Below, one piece after another: positions 49,414-59,671 of a stretch of DNA of 64,000 bases. The DNA lies in IMG/VR virus record IMGVR_UViG_3300027754_003435; one strand, written 5' to 3'. A program made the translations under genes and the position numbers. This stretch comes from a virus. Positions within the stretch are counted from its first letter, which is position 1. Every line of letters begins with the position of its first letter. The notes under the pieces were generated by a model. That model ran no database searches and had not been told where the DNA came from. It was given only the letters and a program-made list of their open reading frames with translations.

Positions 49414-52080
49414 TCAATTATCTGAAACTAATAACCTTTTTTCTAATTCTTCTATTCTTTCCAAAAGATATTTTATTAATAAACTATGATACGCAGTTAT
49501 TTGATCGGTATTAACAACAAGTTGAGTATCTTTCGGTGAAATAAATCCGTCATTATCTACTGTTTCTTCTAATCCTGTTTTTGGAACAGCACCGACCATG
49601 TGCTCAAATCCTGTTTTTATAAGTTGTTGAGCAGAATATCCTGTTTTTATTCCCTTATCTATTTCATCTTTCCATGTAAATTGAATTGAATCAACTTCGT
49701 TAATGAATCTAATTGCATCTGCTAATTTAATTTTACCAATTATATTTTTAAGTCTTTCATCCGACGTTGCATTAAATTCAGATGCTTGAATACGAGCAGT
49801 TGCAGTTAATGAATATGGATTTGTTCCAGAAGAAACTCCAGTTGATGTTGATGGAGAAAAACCTCCTATATATGAATAATATGCATATGCATATGTTGCA
49901 TTAACACTACCAGTTATAGTTACATAATCGAATAAACCAGATCCAGTAAATGAACCTGTAAATGAACCGGTTGCGGTTGTAAGTTTAGAACCACTAGCAT
50001 ACACAACCAAATCAATACCATCCCATTTTAAGTAAGAACTACTTATAGAACCACTATTACCGATTAACACAGTAGAATTACTTCCAACCGCATTAAACTT
50101 AAATGAGTCTGGATTAGAACGGAATTCAAATCTGGAACCACTTTGATTAATCATCTGTACCGTTGCTTGTGGATAGCTAACACTTGAGTATGGATTTCCT
50201 TGCGTTATACTCCAACCATAATTTGAAGCAGTTAGTGGATAAAGTGTTGCCCATTCTATTCCTTTGTATCCGTAAGAACTTATATAAGAACCAGATTTTG
50301 AACCTGATATATTACCGTATAATTCTATACCACTTGAAGAATATGGTGCAACAAATGTAGAACCAGTAATTATATTATTATCACCAACAATGTATTGATT
50401 TCCACCCTCAATAAATATATTATTTACAGGCGAATCTATATTAGCCTCTTTGTAATCGTCATTAAAATACTTTATTACAAAATCCCAATATTCAGATTTA
50501 TGATTTTGGTCAATCGGAACATATAATGTAGTTCTATTTGGTGTAAATCCCCTATCTATAACTTCTTCAACTCGTATATTCTGCAATATAATTCCTTCAC
50601 TTATAAGGAATTTTAGTATTCCATTGCCATTATTAGCGGTATAAATTGGAATTGAAAAGTTTGATACAAAAGCAGAAAAATCATCGGTCGAAGTATCAAC
50701 TCCCCCCAAATATTTTCCATACTCAGTATCGGCAAAAGTTGCACTACCACTCATATAAACATTTAATGTAGGAGTAGTTGTTATTTCTTTATCTATTAAA
50801 TAATCAAATTTTAATAAGTACAATGTGTCATTGTATAGATTAAAAGCACTACTTCCAGTCTGTTCTAACATAATATACTGACTTGATGATAGTTCAGTTG
50901 CAGTAGTTATTGTTATACCACTAAATAAATTAGAAGAATAAAAAAATTTAGAAGCAGTTGGTGCAGAATTAATTGATGTTACATTCCAATAATCAATTGC
51001 AGATTTAGTTACCGATGTCTGAATACCCGCTCTTGTGAGATTTGTATAGTCTTTAAATTCACCTACATTGAAATCTATAAAATCCGATGAACTATCTATT
51101 AAAATATTATTTAGATTTACTCTATAATCATATAAAGTCTTATAATCAGATGCAGGATTTATTTTGCTCTTCCCCATCACTTTTATTCTTGAAACATATC
51201 CAGTAGATGGTGTGAGACCATCTATATCGATTTTAATATAATTTTTTATATTTTGTGTTACGTTTCTATCAGTTGATGATTTGTAGTAATTTAGAAGATA
51301 CGGTTGATTATATGATTCAATTATATCATAATGTACACCGCTTTGTCCATAAACAACAGGACGAGAATCCAACTCCATCTGTGATGGTAGTTTCACAGAA
51401 ACAACACTAGCACTATAACTAAAACTATTAGTCGATTCTGTTATATTAGGAAGATGAGTATTTGATAGATTAGGAAAAGATAAAATACCATTTTCAAAAT
51501 CTTTAGAAAATGATTGAGAAGTACAAAACAGAATATTTTTTCCATCCAAATACTGAAATGCAGCACTACCACTTACTATAATATTTTTATCAGAAGTAAA
51601 TTTTTCTTCAAGTATAGAATATTTTCTTTCACTCAATGATACGACTGGCTTGTATGTGTATATTATATCATTTCTATTCGGAGCGAGTAAATTTACATCA
51701 AGTTTATGAGTATAACGTACTAATTTATTTTTATCCAATTTAAAGGCGTTTTTACGTGTACCAATAAAAGTTATAGTACATTCACCTACGCTAACATCTT
51801 GATACACATATGCAGAAATTACATTAGATCCATTTATTTCCGCATAATATAAATTAGAATGATAGATGGTATTTCCGGAAGAATCTAAAATTTCAATTTC
51901 TATTGGATTTTCAGTTGATAATGTTTTAAAGTTTGGGTTGTATTTTATTATATTTTTACCAGCTGTAAAATAGCTTGGAGTATATGTTATATTAAAAAAT
52001 GTAGGAGAATTCAATTCAATATCCTCGTAAGATACAGGTATTGCAATCAAACTTTTCTTTAATCTTTTATAATATATCAT
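49414..52080 (-). CDS. Tail/baseplate fibre protein with C-terminal intramolecular chaperone (peptidase S74-like)
   Basis: C-terminal ATSDERLKNI...F.WK.....TGYSAQQL...VN..QI...LIKYLLERIEELE. Confidence 0.75.
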   Translation of the reverse strand: MIYYKRLKKSLIAIPVSYEDIELNSPTFFNITYTPSYFTAGKNIIKYNPNFKTLSTENPIEIEILDSSGNTIYHSNLYYAEINGSNVISAYVYQDVSVGECTITFIGTRKNAFKLDKNKLVRYTHKLDVNLLAPNRNDIIYTYKPVVSLSERKYSILEEKFTSDKNIIVSGSAAFQYLDGKNILFCTSQSFSKDFENGILSFPNLSNTHLPNITESTNSFSYSASVVSVKLPSQMELDSRPVVYGQSGVHYDIIESYNQPYLLNYYKSSTDRNVTQNIKNYIKIDIDGLTPSTGYVSRIKVMGKSKINPASDYKTLYDYRVNLNNILIDSSSDFIDFNVGEFKDYTNLTRAGIQTSVTKSAIDYWNVTSINSAPTASKFFYSSNLFSGITITTATELSSSQYIMLEQTGSSAFNLYNDTLYLLKFDYLIDKEITTTPTLNVYMSGSATFADTEYGKYLGGVDTSTDDFSAFVSNFSIPIYTANNGNGILKFLISEGIILQNIRVEEVIDRGFTPNRTTLYVPIDQNHKSEYWDFVIKYFNDDYKEANIDSPVNNIFIEGGNQYIVGDNNIITGSTFVAPYSSSGIELYGNISGSKSGSYISSYGYKGIEWATLYPLTASNYGWSITQGNPYSSVSYPQATVQMINQSGSRFEFRSNPDSFKFNAVGSNSTVLIGNSGSISSSYLKWDGIDLVVYASGSKLTTATGSFTGSFTGSGLFDYVTITGSVNATYAYAYYSYIGGFSPSTSTGVSSGTNPYSLTATARIQASEFNATSDERLKNIIGKIKLADAIRFINEVDSIQFTWKDEIDKGIKTGYSAQQLIKTGFEHMVGAVPKTGLEETVDNDGFISPKDTQLVVNTDQITAYHSLLIKYLLERIEELEKRLLVSDN

Positions 52081-52089
52081 TTTTTTGTA

Positions 52090-55000
52090 CTACCAATTTA
52101 TTTTTGAAAATCCATTCTCTTTCTTAATTTCTATCTGACTATCCACCATATCCCTAACAACATCAATATGGGATATTAGAATAACGAAATCAAACTGAGT
52201 TTTAAGATACTCTAAAAACATAGAGAAACTCATTAAAACGCCAGAATCTAATGTTCCCAAACCTTCATCAATTGCTATAAAGTTTGGTCTTGGTAAAGAA
52301 CAGACATTTATAAGTGCCGCTCTAATTGCTATAGATGAAATAAATTTTTCCATTCCACTAGTTAATTCAAGTGGCCAGAAGTTATCATCATCATACACTA
52401 TATAAGTATTAATACTCTTACCATCTGTCTCAAAAATCACTTGAAAATCAACGATTTGAGATAAAATATTATTTGTTTCCGCTTGTATCTTCGGTAAAGC
52501 GTCACCTATGAGTGCGTACGGAATACCGTTTCTATTTACACATTTCAAATAATAATCATAAGCGAGATATTCTGTTTCAAGTTCTTTTAATTTCTGAATC
52601 GATTCATTACAATCGTTTATAATTCTTTCTTGTACTTTAATATCACCACTATAATCTATAATCTTTCCTTCAATTTGCTTTAACTCTTTAGTAAACATTA
52701 ATTTAGAATTCTTAGAATCTTCTATAATTTCCATCAGTAAGGAATTTGTTTTAATAGATTCTTCATTTTCTTTATATTTTAATATTCTATTTTGAACATT
52801 TACCAAATCTTCTTCAAATCCTTTCAATGTTTCTTTATTACTATAAATATTTTTTTCTAAATTAAATACCGTTTTTTGATGAAAATGTTGATCGTTTTCT
52901 GACTTCTGTAATCTGTCTAGTTCAGTATAAACATTAGAATTTTTCTTGAATTCTTTTTCAAGTCCTTCAATTTCAGCAAGTAAATCATTTTTATCTTTAT
53001 TTAATCCAATTAAACTTGATTCTGCTTTCTTTGCATCTTGAACAAACACATTACCAAGACAGAATTTACATTTTGGATCGTACTGATGATTCTTTAAATT
53101 ATTTACTTTATCTTCACAATGTTGAATCTGAAGTCTTATATTTCTCAAATCGGATTCATTCTTAGAAAGTTTTAACCTAATTTCATCAACCATCTTTCTA
53201 CGTTCTAACAAATCTTCTTTGTTGAACTCAGAAAGAATTAGCGTATATCTATCAAGACTTTCATTCGCACCTTTTAATTCATATTCAAGTGATTTCATAC
53301 CGCGAATAGTTTCATCTATTTTTCTATCAATTGAAATTTCTTTTTCTAAAAGTGTTTGTAATGAATTAGGCGATAAATTAGAATCTATTTGTATTAATTT
53401 ATTTTCATTGTCTCTAACTGTACTATTCAACTTTTCTATTTTTTCTTCAATTTCAGATTTTTCCGAATTCAAATTCAATAAAATTGTATTTGCTTCATCA
53501 CGTTTTGCTTCTGCACTTAATATCTTTGTTGAATAATCCTGTTTACTAAACTCTTTAATAAGTGTACTTACACTTTTGGAATCATCGTTTGCTATTGTAT
53601 GTAATTCTTCAAACAATTCTAAATCTAAAAACTGAGCAAGTAAGTCTTTACGTTCACGCTGTGCCTTATCAATAAAATTAGTATTGTTACCCTGAACAGA
53701 CATTGCAGTTAAAATAAAGTCATCGTATGTCCCCAAATACTTTCTAATTATACGATTTGTATCGTCTCTGTCCTCACCATTGAGTGAAACTTTGTTCTCT
53801 CCATCTAAGTACCAAAAGTTCACTACAACCTTCACAGCACCCTTCTTGTCCTTAGTTGCAACCCTTTCAATGAAGTAATTACGTTCACCGATATTAAAAC
53901 TAAGTTTACAGTTGAAGTTTTCTTTTTTATTATTCATTACCTGAATTGCTCTGTATGTTCTTGGACATTTATCAAAAATACAATACATAAGAGCGTCTAA
54001 CACAGAAGATTTTCCACTTGCATTCGGTGCGAATAAACCATAAACACCATTCATAGAATCAAAGTTTACAGAATTACCTTCACCGTATGAAAACATATTA
54101 TCAAACTTAAAATAGTTTGGAGTCCAAATTAAATTTCTAACAACATCACTATCATCAACTTGCTTGTTTACGTTTCTGTTTATTTCATAAATACGTTCTA
54201 ACAATGCAGTATCAGTTGGTAACTTATTATTTTTAATGTAATCAGAAATTAATGTGTTCTGATATGCAATATCTCTAATATCACCTAATTTATTGTGTGA
54301 AGTATTTCCTGCTTCCGATGAACCACCGACTCTTTGTACTTTAACATCAAGAACATTTGCTAATGATTTTATCTCGGTAATGACTTTATGAATGTCCGAA
54401 TTAGATGTATTAATTGAATGTAAGCGTACGTAATTATTTTTTGAAAATTCGTCTGGTAAGTTTTTAATTTTTCCATCTTCAACCTCAATTGTGTGGTAAG
54501 TAAAATCATTTTTTATTTCTACAAACTTCGATGTACCATTGGTTAAATTCCATTCAATTACACCGTGTTTTAAGTCTTCCCCAAAGTTTTGTTGTATAAG
54601 TGAACCTGGATAAGCAAAACGTTTGTTTGAATCTAAATATTGAAATCTGTGAATATCACCAAAGAATCCATAGTCAAATCCCTCAAATAAATCAATAGTA
54701 ACATCGGTATTATGTAACTTCATACCTGTATCTGTTTCTGCTGCATTAATCGCACCATGATAAAGAACTATTTTCTTTCTACCGTTATCTTCTAAATCCG
54801 ATGCTTTAATAAAGTTCTTAGTATCATCGAATACTGAATTTACCACAAAGTCTACGTTACCCATTGGATAAACGCCAGTTTCTTTGAAATAAAATAAATT
54901 ATTATTGTTATTAAATGAATTGAAAATTGGAGTTAAAGAATCCATTCGGTCTTTATTATTCAAGTTGCAATCGTGGTTTCCTGCTATAAAAAAAGTAGTT

Positions 55001-55236
55001 GCTATCTCAGATAAATTTAATAAAAAATTTCTCGTCATTTCTATCAGTTCTGGACTCATATCTGTTTTTGCGTGAACAATATCACCCGCAACATAAATCA
55101 AAGTATTTTTATGTTTACTAACAGTTTCACGGCAATAATCGTATAATCTATTAAATACTATTTCATATTCTTCATGGCGTTTATAATTTCTAATATGTAC
55201 ATCAGCTATGTGTATAACTCTATGTAAGTTAAGCAT
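52090..55236 (-). CDS. Fused Mre11/SbcD nuclease and Rad50/SbcC ATPase (gp47-gp46 fusion)
   Basis: HIADVH, GDIVH, GNHD, HG and GDIH phosphoesterase motifs, then APNASGKSS Walker A, CKFC hook, TSGMEK signature and IAIDEG Walker B, all in one ORF. Confidence 0.92.
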   Translation of the reverse strand: MLNLHRVIHIADVHIRNYKRHEEYEIVFNRLYDYCRETVSKHKNTLIYVAGDIVHAKTDMSPELIEMTRNFLLNLSEIATTFFIAGNHDCNLNNKDRMDSLTPIFNSFNNNNNLFYFKETGVYPMGNVDFVVNSVFDDTKNFIKASDLEDNGRKKIVLYHGAINAAETDTGMKLHNTDVTIDLFEGFDYGFFGDIHRFQYLDSNKRFAYPGSLIQQNFGEDLKHGVIEWNLTNGTSKFVEIKNDFTYHTIEVEDGKIKNLPDEFSKNNYVRLHSINTSNSDIHKVITEIKSLANVLDVKVQRVGGSSEAGNTSHNKLGDIRDIAYQNTLISDYIKNNKLPTDTALLERIYEINRNVNKQVDDSDVVRNLIWTPNYFKFDNMFSYGEGNSVNFDSMNGVYGLFAPNASGKSSVLDALMYCIFDKCPRTYRAIQVMNNKKENFNCKLSFNIGERNYFIERVATKDKKGAVKVVVNFWYLDGENKVSLNGEDRDDTNRIIRKYLGTYDDFILTAMSVQGNNTNFIDKAQRERKDLLAQFLDLELFEELHTIANDDSKSVSTLIKEFSKQDYSTKILSAEAKRDEANTILLNLNSEKSEIEEKIEKLNSTVRDNENKLIQIDSNLSPNSLQTLLEKEISIDRKIDETIRGMKSLEYELKGANESLDRYTLILSEFNKEDLLERRKMVDEIRLKLSKNESDLRNIRLQIQHCEDKVNNLKNHQYDPKCKFCLGNVFVQDAKKAESSLIGLNKDKNDLLAEIEGLEKEFKKNSNVYTELDRLQKSENDQHFHQKTVFNLEKNIYSNKETLKGFEEDLVNVQNRILKYKENEESIKTNSLLMEIIEDSKNSKLMFTKELKQIEGKIIDYSGDIKVQERIINDCNESIQKLKELETEYLAYDYYLKCVNRNGIPYALIGDALPKIQAETNNILSQIVDFQVIFETDGKSINTYIVYDDDNFWPLELTSGMEKFISSIAIRAALINVCSLPRPNFIAIDEGLGTLDSGVLMSFSMFLEYLKTQFDFVILISHIDVVRDMVDSQIEIKKENGFSKINW

Positions 55237-56185
55237 TCAAAATCCTTTGTTTAATAATATCGTATGTATCGGTCTTCTTACTGTTACTCTTGATTAAAGT
55301 AAATGCGTTGAATCCAACTTCGTTTACATCTTTTTCTTCTAAATTTACAATGTAAACATTTATTCCATTTCTAACTAAATAACTTGAAATGTTTAATGCA
55401 TCTTTTCTTGCATCATTATCCAAAGCAACAATTACTTTCGGTGGTTTACGTAGTAATATTTTCTCTTTCAATAAGTTTGACATTAGTTTGCCGAAAAGTG
55501 GTATAGTGTTATATCTGGCACTAATTGCGTCAAACACACCCTCGACTAAAGTTATTGGTTCATTCCAATTAATAAATGAATCAAAACCAATAACGTCTTT
55601 ACTCCATTTTGGATTTTTATATTTTAATGTATCTTCTTCAAAAATAGAACGAGAAACAAAAAAATTCAAATTGAAATTATCATCATACGATGGAACGATT
55701 ATTCTACCAGAGTAAGAACCATTTGGGCAATAACCAATATCATATCTAATCATATCGGTTCTACTGATTCCTCGTTTTTTCAAATAATTTATTGCCTGCT
55801 TTAACTGCATTTTAGTTTGTATGTCTTTTATTTTGCCGTATTCATACAAACGAATAGTTTCCGATGGAATACTCAACTGAATTTCTTTTGTTTGATTTTG
55901 GTCAGGAACATAAAGTTTTCTAATCTTTATAATTTTATCCAAATCAGTATAGTAAGACCTATCGACTTTTAATTTTTTGAATAGTGATGATATATTTCTA
56001 CCCTTAGCGTTACTCACCCAACAATGCCATACATTTTGTCCATCGTTAGATGCACTTAAATCTATTTCTAATTTTGGTTTGTAATGGGAAATGAACGGAG
56101 AGAAAAAAGAGTAGTTATTGCCAGAAGTTTTGCGTCCTTTACCAAGAACTTTTTCTAACAAATTGAGTAAATCATAATTTATCAT
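55229..56185 (-). CDS. DNA primase (DnaG/gp61-type, TOPRIM)
   Basis: YLKKRGI...IGYC...RIIVP, LVEGVFDA and ALDNDA TOPRIM motifs; degenerate N-terminal zinc-ribbon. Confidence 0.88.
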   Translation of the reverse strand: MINYDLLNLLEKVLGKGRKTSGNNYSFFSPFISHYKPKLEIDLSASNDGQNVWHCWVSNAKGRNISSLFKKLKVDRSYYTDLDKIIKIRKLYVPDQNQTKEIQLSIPSETIRLYEYGKIKDIQTKMQLKQAINYLKKRGISRTDMIRYDIGYCPNGSYSGRIIVPSYDDNFNLNFFVSRSIFEEDTLKYKNPKWSKDVIGFDSFINWNEPITLVEGVFDAISARYNTIPLFGKLMSNLLKEKILLRKPPKVIVALDNDARKDALNISSYLVRNGINVYIVNLEEKDVNEVGFNAFTLIKSNSKKTDTYDIIKQRILNA

Positions 56186-56214
56186 AACAACACTTTTTTA
56201 TAGAATAGTTTATA

Positions 56215-56249
56215 TCACAAATATAATAAAAATTTGTGACAATTACAAA
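56215..56249 (-). promoter_or_regulatory. Bacteroidota-type sigma70 promoter (-33 TTTG / -7 TAnnTTTG) overlapped by an inverted repeat
   Basis: Minus strand TTTG (56249-56246), 20 nt, TATATTTG (56225-56218); TCACAAAT-N9-ATTTGTGA palindrome at 56215-56239. Confidence 0.7.
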
Positions 56250-56650
56250 CACTCATCCAACCATTCTTTTGGAATATCTTTCTTTGCCCACTTCCAACCT
56301 TTTTTATCACAATACTGAGCGTATGTGGTTTTACTTCCTTTGTATAACTTTGCATTTGGATTTTGAAATACAAATCGAATATCTATTTCTGAATACTGTT
56401 CAAATATTAAATCAAACTTTAATCTGTCAGTTTTTACCCAGCGACCTTTTGATTCAATATAAAGTTTATCACCTGTTTTCTTATTAAGAATAAAATCAGG
56501 AGTGTAGTTGTGTTTTGTTGCTGGTTGTATATAGGATATTTTATCCGTTTCATAACCAAATTCTTTTTTCGATTCTTGAAGTGAATCATTTATATTGTCT
56601 TCCAATCCACTTCTAAAACCATTCTTTATTGCTACGGCATTTCTTTTCAT
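56243..56650 (-). CDS. T7 endonuclease I-like Holliday junction resolvase
   Basis: FRSGLE...YTPDF...IESKGRW...DIRFVFQN..AKLYKGSKTTYA.YC.K.GWKWA. Confidence 0.9.
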   Translation of the reverse strand: MKRNAVAIKNGFRSGLEDNINDSLQESKKEFGYETDKISYIQPATKHNYTPDFILNKKTGDKLYIESKGRWVKTDRLKFDLIFEQYSEIDIRFVFQNPNAKLYKGSKTTYAQYCDKKGWKWAKKDIPKEWLDECL

Positions 56651-58383
56651 TACATATCAAATCGTACAATAATATTCATATCAACATCTTTTCTTTTCTT
56701 TATTGGATTAGCCAGTTTAGCAAGAGCAACCAATTCGTTATTATCGGTATAAAGGCCAATTGTTGTAATATAAGGAGTGAAATATGATCCGGTAACGTAA
56801 TCTTCAACATATATAGATTCACTATCTTTATCTTTTCTAATAGAAGGATTCTGTGTAAAATTAAATTCAGATTTTCTTATTTTACAAATAATTTCAGATT
56901 GATAAAAAGTAGTTGTTCCTCTGAATTCGCCATCAAACCCATATGTATCGTTAGAATAATCAAGATTTCCAGTTTGTCCCATTAATGAATTTTTATATTT
57001 TGGTCTTGGATCCGATACAACAACAAGTCCTTTTTTATAAAAAATATTACCAACTCGTGAAGTCTGATATGCATACCCATTTTGTAAGCTATTATTTGCA
57101 AGATAGCCAATTTCGTCTGCTGTTATAACTCTATTATATACACGTATCTCATCTAAAGAACCAGAAAAAGCAAAAGTATCTATACCGTTTCCACCCATGT
57201 AAAAATTATGAGTGTTCTGTATATTTCTTGTTATTTTACTATACTTGGATGCGTTTAATGAACCATCAACCCAAATTTGTAAATAACTTGCACTTTTTTG
57301 ACAAACAACATGATGCCAAGAACGAGTTGCTAAAACACTTGATGTTAATTCACTTGTTTCTAATGCAGATGATTGTTTAAAGACTAATTTATACGGAGAC
57401 GCAGAATTAGTATTTGTTATTGCAATATCAAACGGATAACGATCAATTGATTTCGTAACATCTTTATTAGTATAAATTAGCCGTGTTTCATCTAATGTAT
57501 CTATGTTTACAATTCTATTTTTACTAAACAAAGAATTATATGTATTGATGTTATTAGACTGACTTATTGGTACATTTATCCAAAAACTAAAAGCAAAGTT
57601 TTTATCTTTACCAAAATTGAAATTTTTATGATTTTTTACTTCAAAATAGCCACCATCTAAAGCAACGGATACTCCACTTGACTGTGATGTGTCTGTTGTT
57701 GGTATTCCTGGTTGATATGAGATTTTTTTAGGATATATAATATCTATATCATTTCTCAACGGGGAAGCATCTAGCAGATAATCTACATTTTTATTTCTAA
57801 AATAATAATCTCTATATTTTTCGTTAAATCCAACATACAATGAAAGGTAGCCATTATCAATGAATTTAGTTTCATCAAATGTTGTATCTCTTAAATTACC
57901 ATAGCCATCATCGACCAATGTATACTGATAAATAGAAGAAGTACTTTGGTTAGTTATTCTAAATGAGTTTTTTTGTATTCCTTCACCAAACACTTTCATC
58001 GGAATAGTCATCATAGAACCAGATTCAGATAAATCGGTAAATGTATTGTAGTCTGTTATATTAGTTGGTAGTTTATTTTTATCATAATCAGTATAATAAT
58101 TATGGTCCAAGTAATACCATAGAACTTTTGGGTCAATACTTTGTGACACATAATGATTTTCGTATAATGAAGAAGAAATGTTCAGTATTCTTCCAATATA
58201 TTTATGATTCTCTGGATATAATACACGATAAACTTTTATACCCAACTTACTATACAAATAGGCAGAATTATCTAATGTATTTATTTTCCAAAATTTATTT
58301 GATTCAAATGGCGTAACCGTATAGTCCCCTCGCTTTAAGGACTTATTACATATACTTAAAATATTTCCAGTTTGGAATAGCAT
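56650..58383 (-). CDS. Virion protein with LamG/ConA-like domain and family C-terminal domain
   Basis: FAFSFWI...WHHVVCQK...LQIWVDG...FSGSLDEIRVYNR; C-terminal YITTIGLY..NELVALAKL.NPIKK. Confidence 0.75.
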   Translation of the reverse strand: MLFQTGNILSICNKSLKRGDYTVTPFESNKFWKINTLDNSAYLYSKLGIKVYRVLYPENHKYIGRILNISSSLYENHYVSQSIDPKVLWYYLDHNYYTDYDKNKLPTNITDYNTFTDLSESGSMMTIPMKVFGEGIQKNSFRITNQSTSSIYQYTLVDDGYGNLRDTTFDETKFIDNGYLSLYVGFNEKYRDYYFRNKNVDYLLDASPLRNDIDIIYPKKISYQPGIPTTDTSQSSGVSVALDGGYFEVKNHKNFNFGKDKNFAFSFWINVPISQSNNINTYNSLFSKNRIVNIDTLDETRLIYTNKDVTKSIDRYPFDIAITNTNSASPYKLVFKQSSALETSELTSSVLATRSWHHVVCQKSASYLQIWVDGSLNASKYSKITRNIQNTHNFYMGGNGIDTFAFSGSLDEIRVYNRVITADEIGYLANNSLQNGYAYQTSRVGNIFYKKGLVVVSDPRPKYKNSLMGQTGNLDYSNDTYGFDGEFRGTTTFYQSEIICKIRKSEFNFTQNPSIRKDKDSESIYVEDYVTGSYFTPYITTIGLYTDNNELVALAKLANPIKKRKDVDMNIIVRFDM

Positions 58384-58384
58384 A

Positions 58385-59668
58385 TTAATTCAATCTCACT
58401 CTTATTTGAAATACGTGCTCATCATCTTTTGTTTTTAATATTGGCTTTGGTAATTTACCAATTGCAACCAATTCATTTTCAAAATTGTACAAACCGATAG
58501 TTGTAATATAAACTCTTGGATTTGAAGAAAAAGAATTATATTTTAATTTGTTAGTAGTAGAGTCTGTATAAGTTGGATTCGTTGAATAATTAAATTCGTT
58601 TCTGTCTACTCTACAAAAGTATGCTTCAGATATAGTTGTTGTTGTTGAACGTCCAAATAAAGATCCAGTTGTTTGTCTTACTACGTTTGGACTACATGAA
58701 CCACTAATAGAAACAAAAAGTTTTCTCATATTATCACCATCGATAGATGCAGTAACGGTATTAAAAGAACATGATGTATCTAATACAGTACCGTCTAATA
58801 TAACAAAGCCAAGCCTTGGAAAAATCATTCCCCATGCATCATCAGTTGACTCGCCATAAACACCATCGATTAATGAACCAGAAACTAAATAATAATAATC
58901 TCTTATTTCACCTTCGTTTAATGTTTGCTCAGAACCGTCTCCACTATCATCAATCAATGAATAAATAACACTTGAAGAAGGATTTGCATAAAAATTACTT
59001 CCAGTATTTACTAGTTGATTTGCACTCGAAGATAATGGTGATAATAATAATTCAAAATTACCTGGATCTAATCTATCTTTGATTAAATTAGTATCGAAAT
59101 TTAATACATAAAAATAATCACCATTCTTATCATTCTTAAACTTAAATTTTCCCTTATTTGTATCAAAGCAATTCAACATATATTGTCTATATAAGGATTT
59201 AGCAGGTACTAAATCTGTCCATTTATCTATTATGTACGATGAACCAGATCCAGAAATATGAGCGTAACATACATCGAGTATATGTTCTGCATTTATAGTA
59301 TTTGGATTTTCTGAATAAACTGGTAAATAATATTTTGAATGACTATAAGGTGTTGAACCAGTAAAAAAATTATTTATTTTTTCAGAATAGCACTCAAACA
59401 AACCTGCAGACTTATATCTAAGAATAGGTTTACTATAATCGGTTTCAGTAGATATTCGTTTATATACTAAATTGTTAGTAACCGTATTTTCAGTAGAACT
59501 AATCGGCACAGTAGGTGTGGGTGGTTTTATAGTAAACGATACACCAGTACTATTAATTAATATCTGAATGTATTCCCGTGAAGGAAATCCATTTGAAATC
59601 TGAAACAGTAAATATTCTTCTATCAGTTGGAGTGTTTTTTTATTTATTTCAAAGCTATGCTTTTGCAC
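58385..59668 (-). CDS. Virion structural protein, paralog family
   Basis: DRLDPGNFEL.L...LIDDSG...G.IFP.LG..ILD...YFCRV...FNYSTNPTY...YITTIGLYN...LVAIGKL.KP. Confidence 0.7.
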   Translation of the reverse strand: MQKHSFEINKKTLQLIEEYLLFQISNGFPSREYIQILINSTGVSFTIKPPTPTVPISSTENTVTNNLVYKRISTETDYSKPILRYKSAGLFECYSEKINNFFTGSTPYSHSKYYLPVYSENPNTINAEHILDVCYAHISGSGSSYIIDKWTDLVPAKSLYRQYMLNCFDTNKGKFKFKNDKNGDYFYVLNFDTNLIKDRLDPGNFELLLSPLSSSANQLVNTGSNFYANPSSSVIYSLIDDSGDGSEQTLNEGEIRDYYYLVSGSLIDGVYGESTDDAWGMIFPRLGFVILDGTVLDTSCSFNTVTASIDGDNMRKLFVSISGSCSPNVVRQTTGSLFGRSTTTTISEAYFCRVDRNEFNYSTNPTYTDSTTNKLKYNSFSSNPRVYITTIGLYNFENELVAIGKLPKPILKTKDDEHVFQIRVRLN

Positions 59669-59671
59669 AAA

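Larger units (their letters stand above)
1469..49414 (-). promoter_or_regulatory. Dispersed putative late-promoter motif, sense 5'-ATATTTAT-3' (+ strand ATAAATAT)
   Basis: + strand copies start at 1469, 8336, 12564, 13716, 14321, 16887, 23256, 30514, 32429, 35126, 39657, 46274, 47924 and 49407, with a variant at 21248. All lie upstream of minus-strand structural genes, mostly 25-47 nt from the start codon. Confidence 0.75.
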
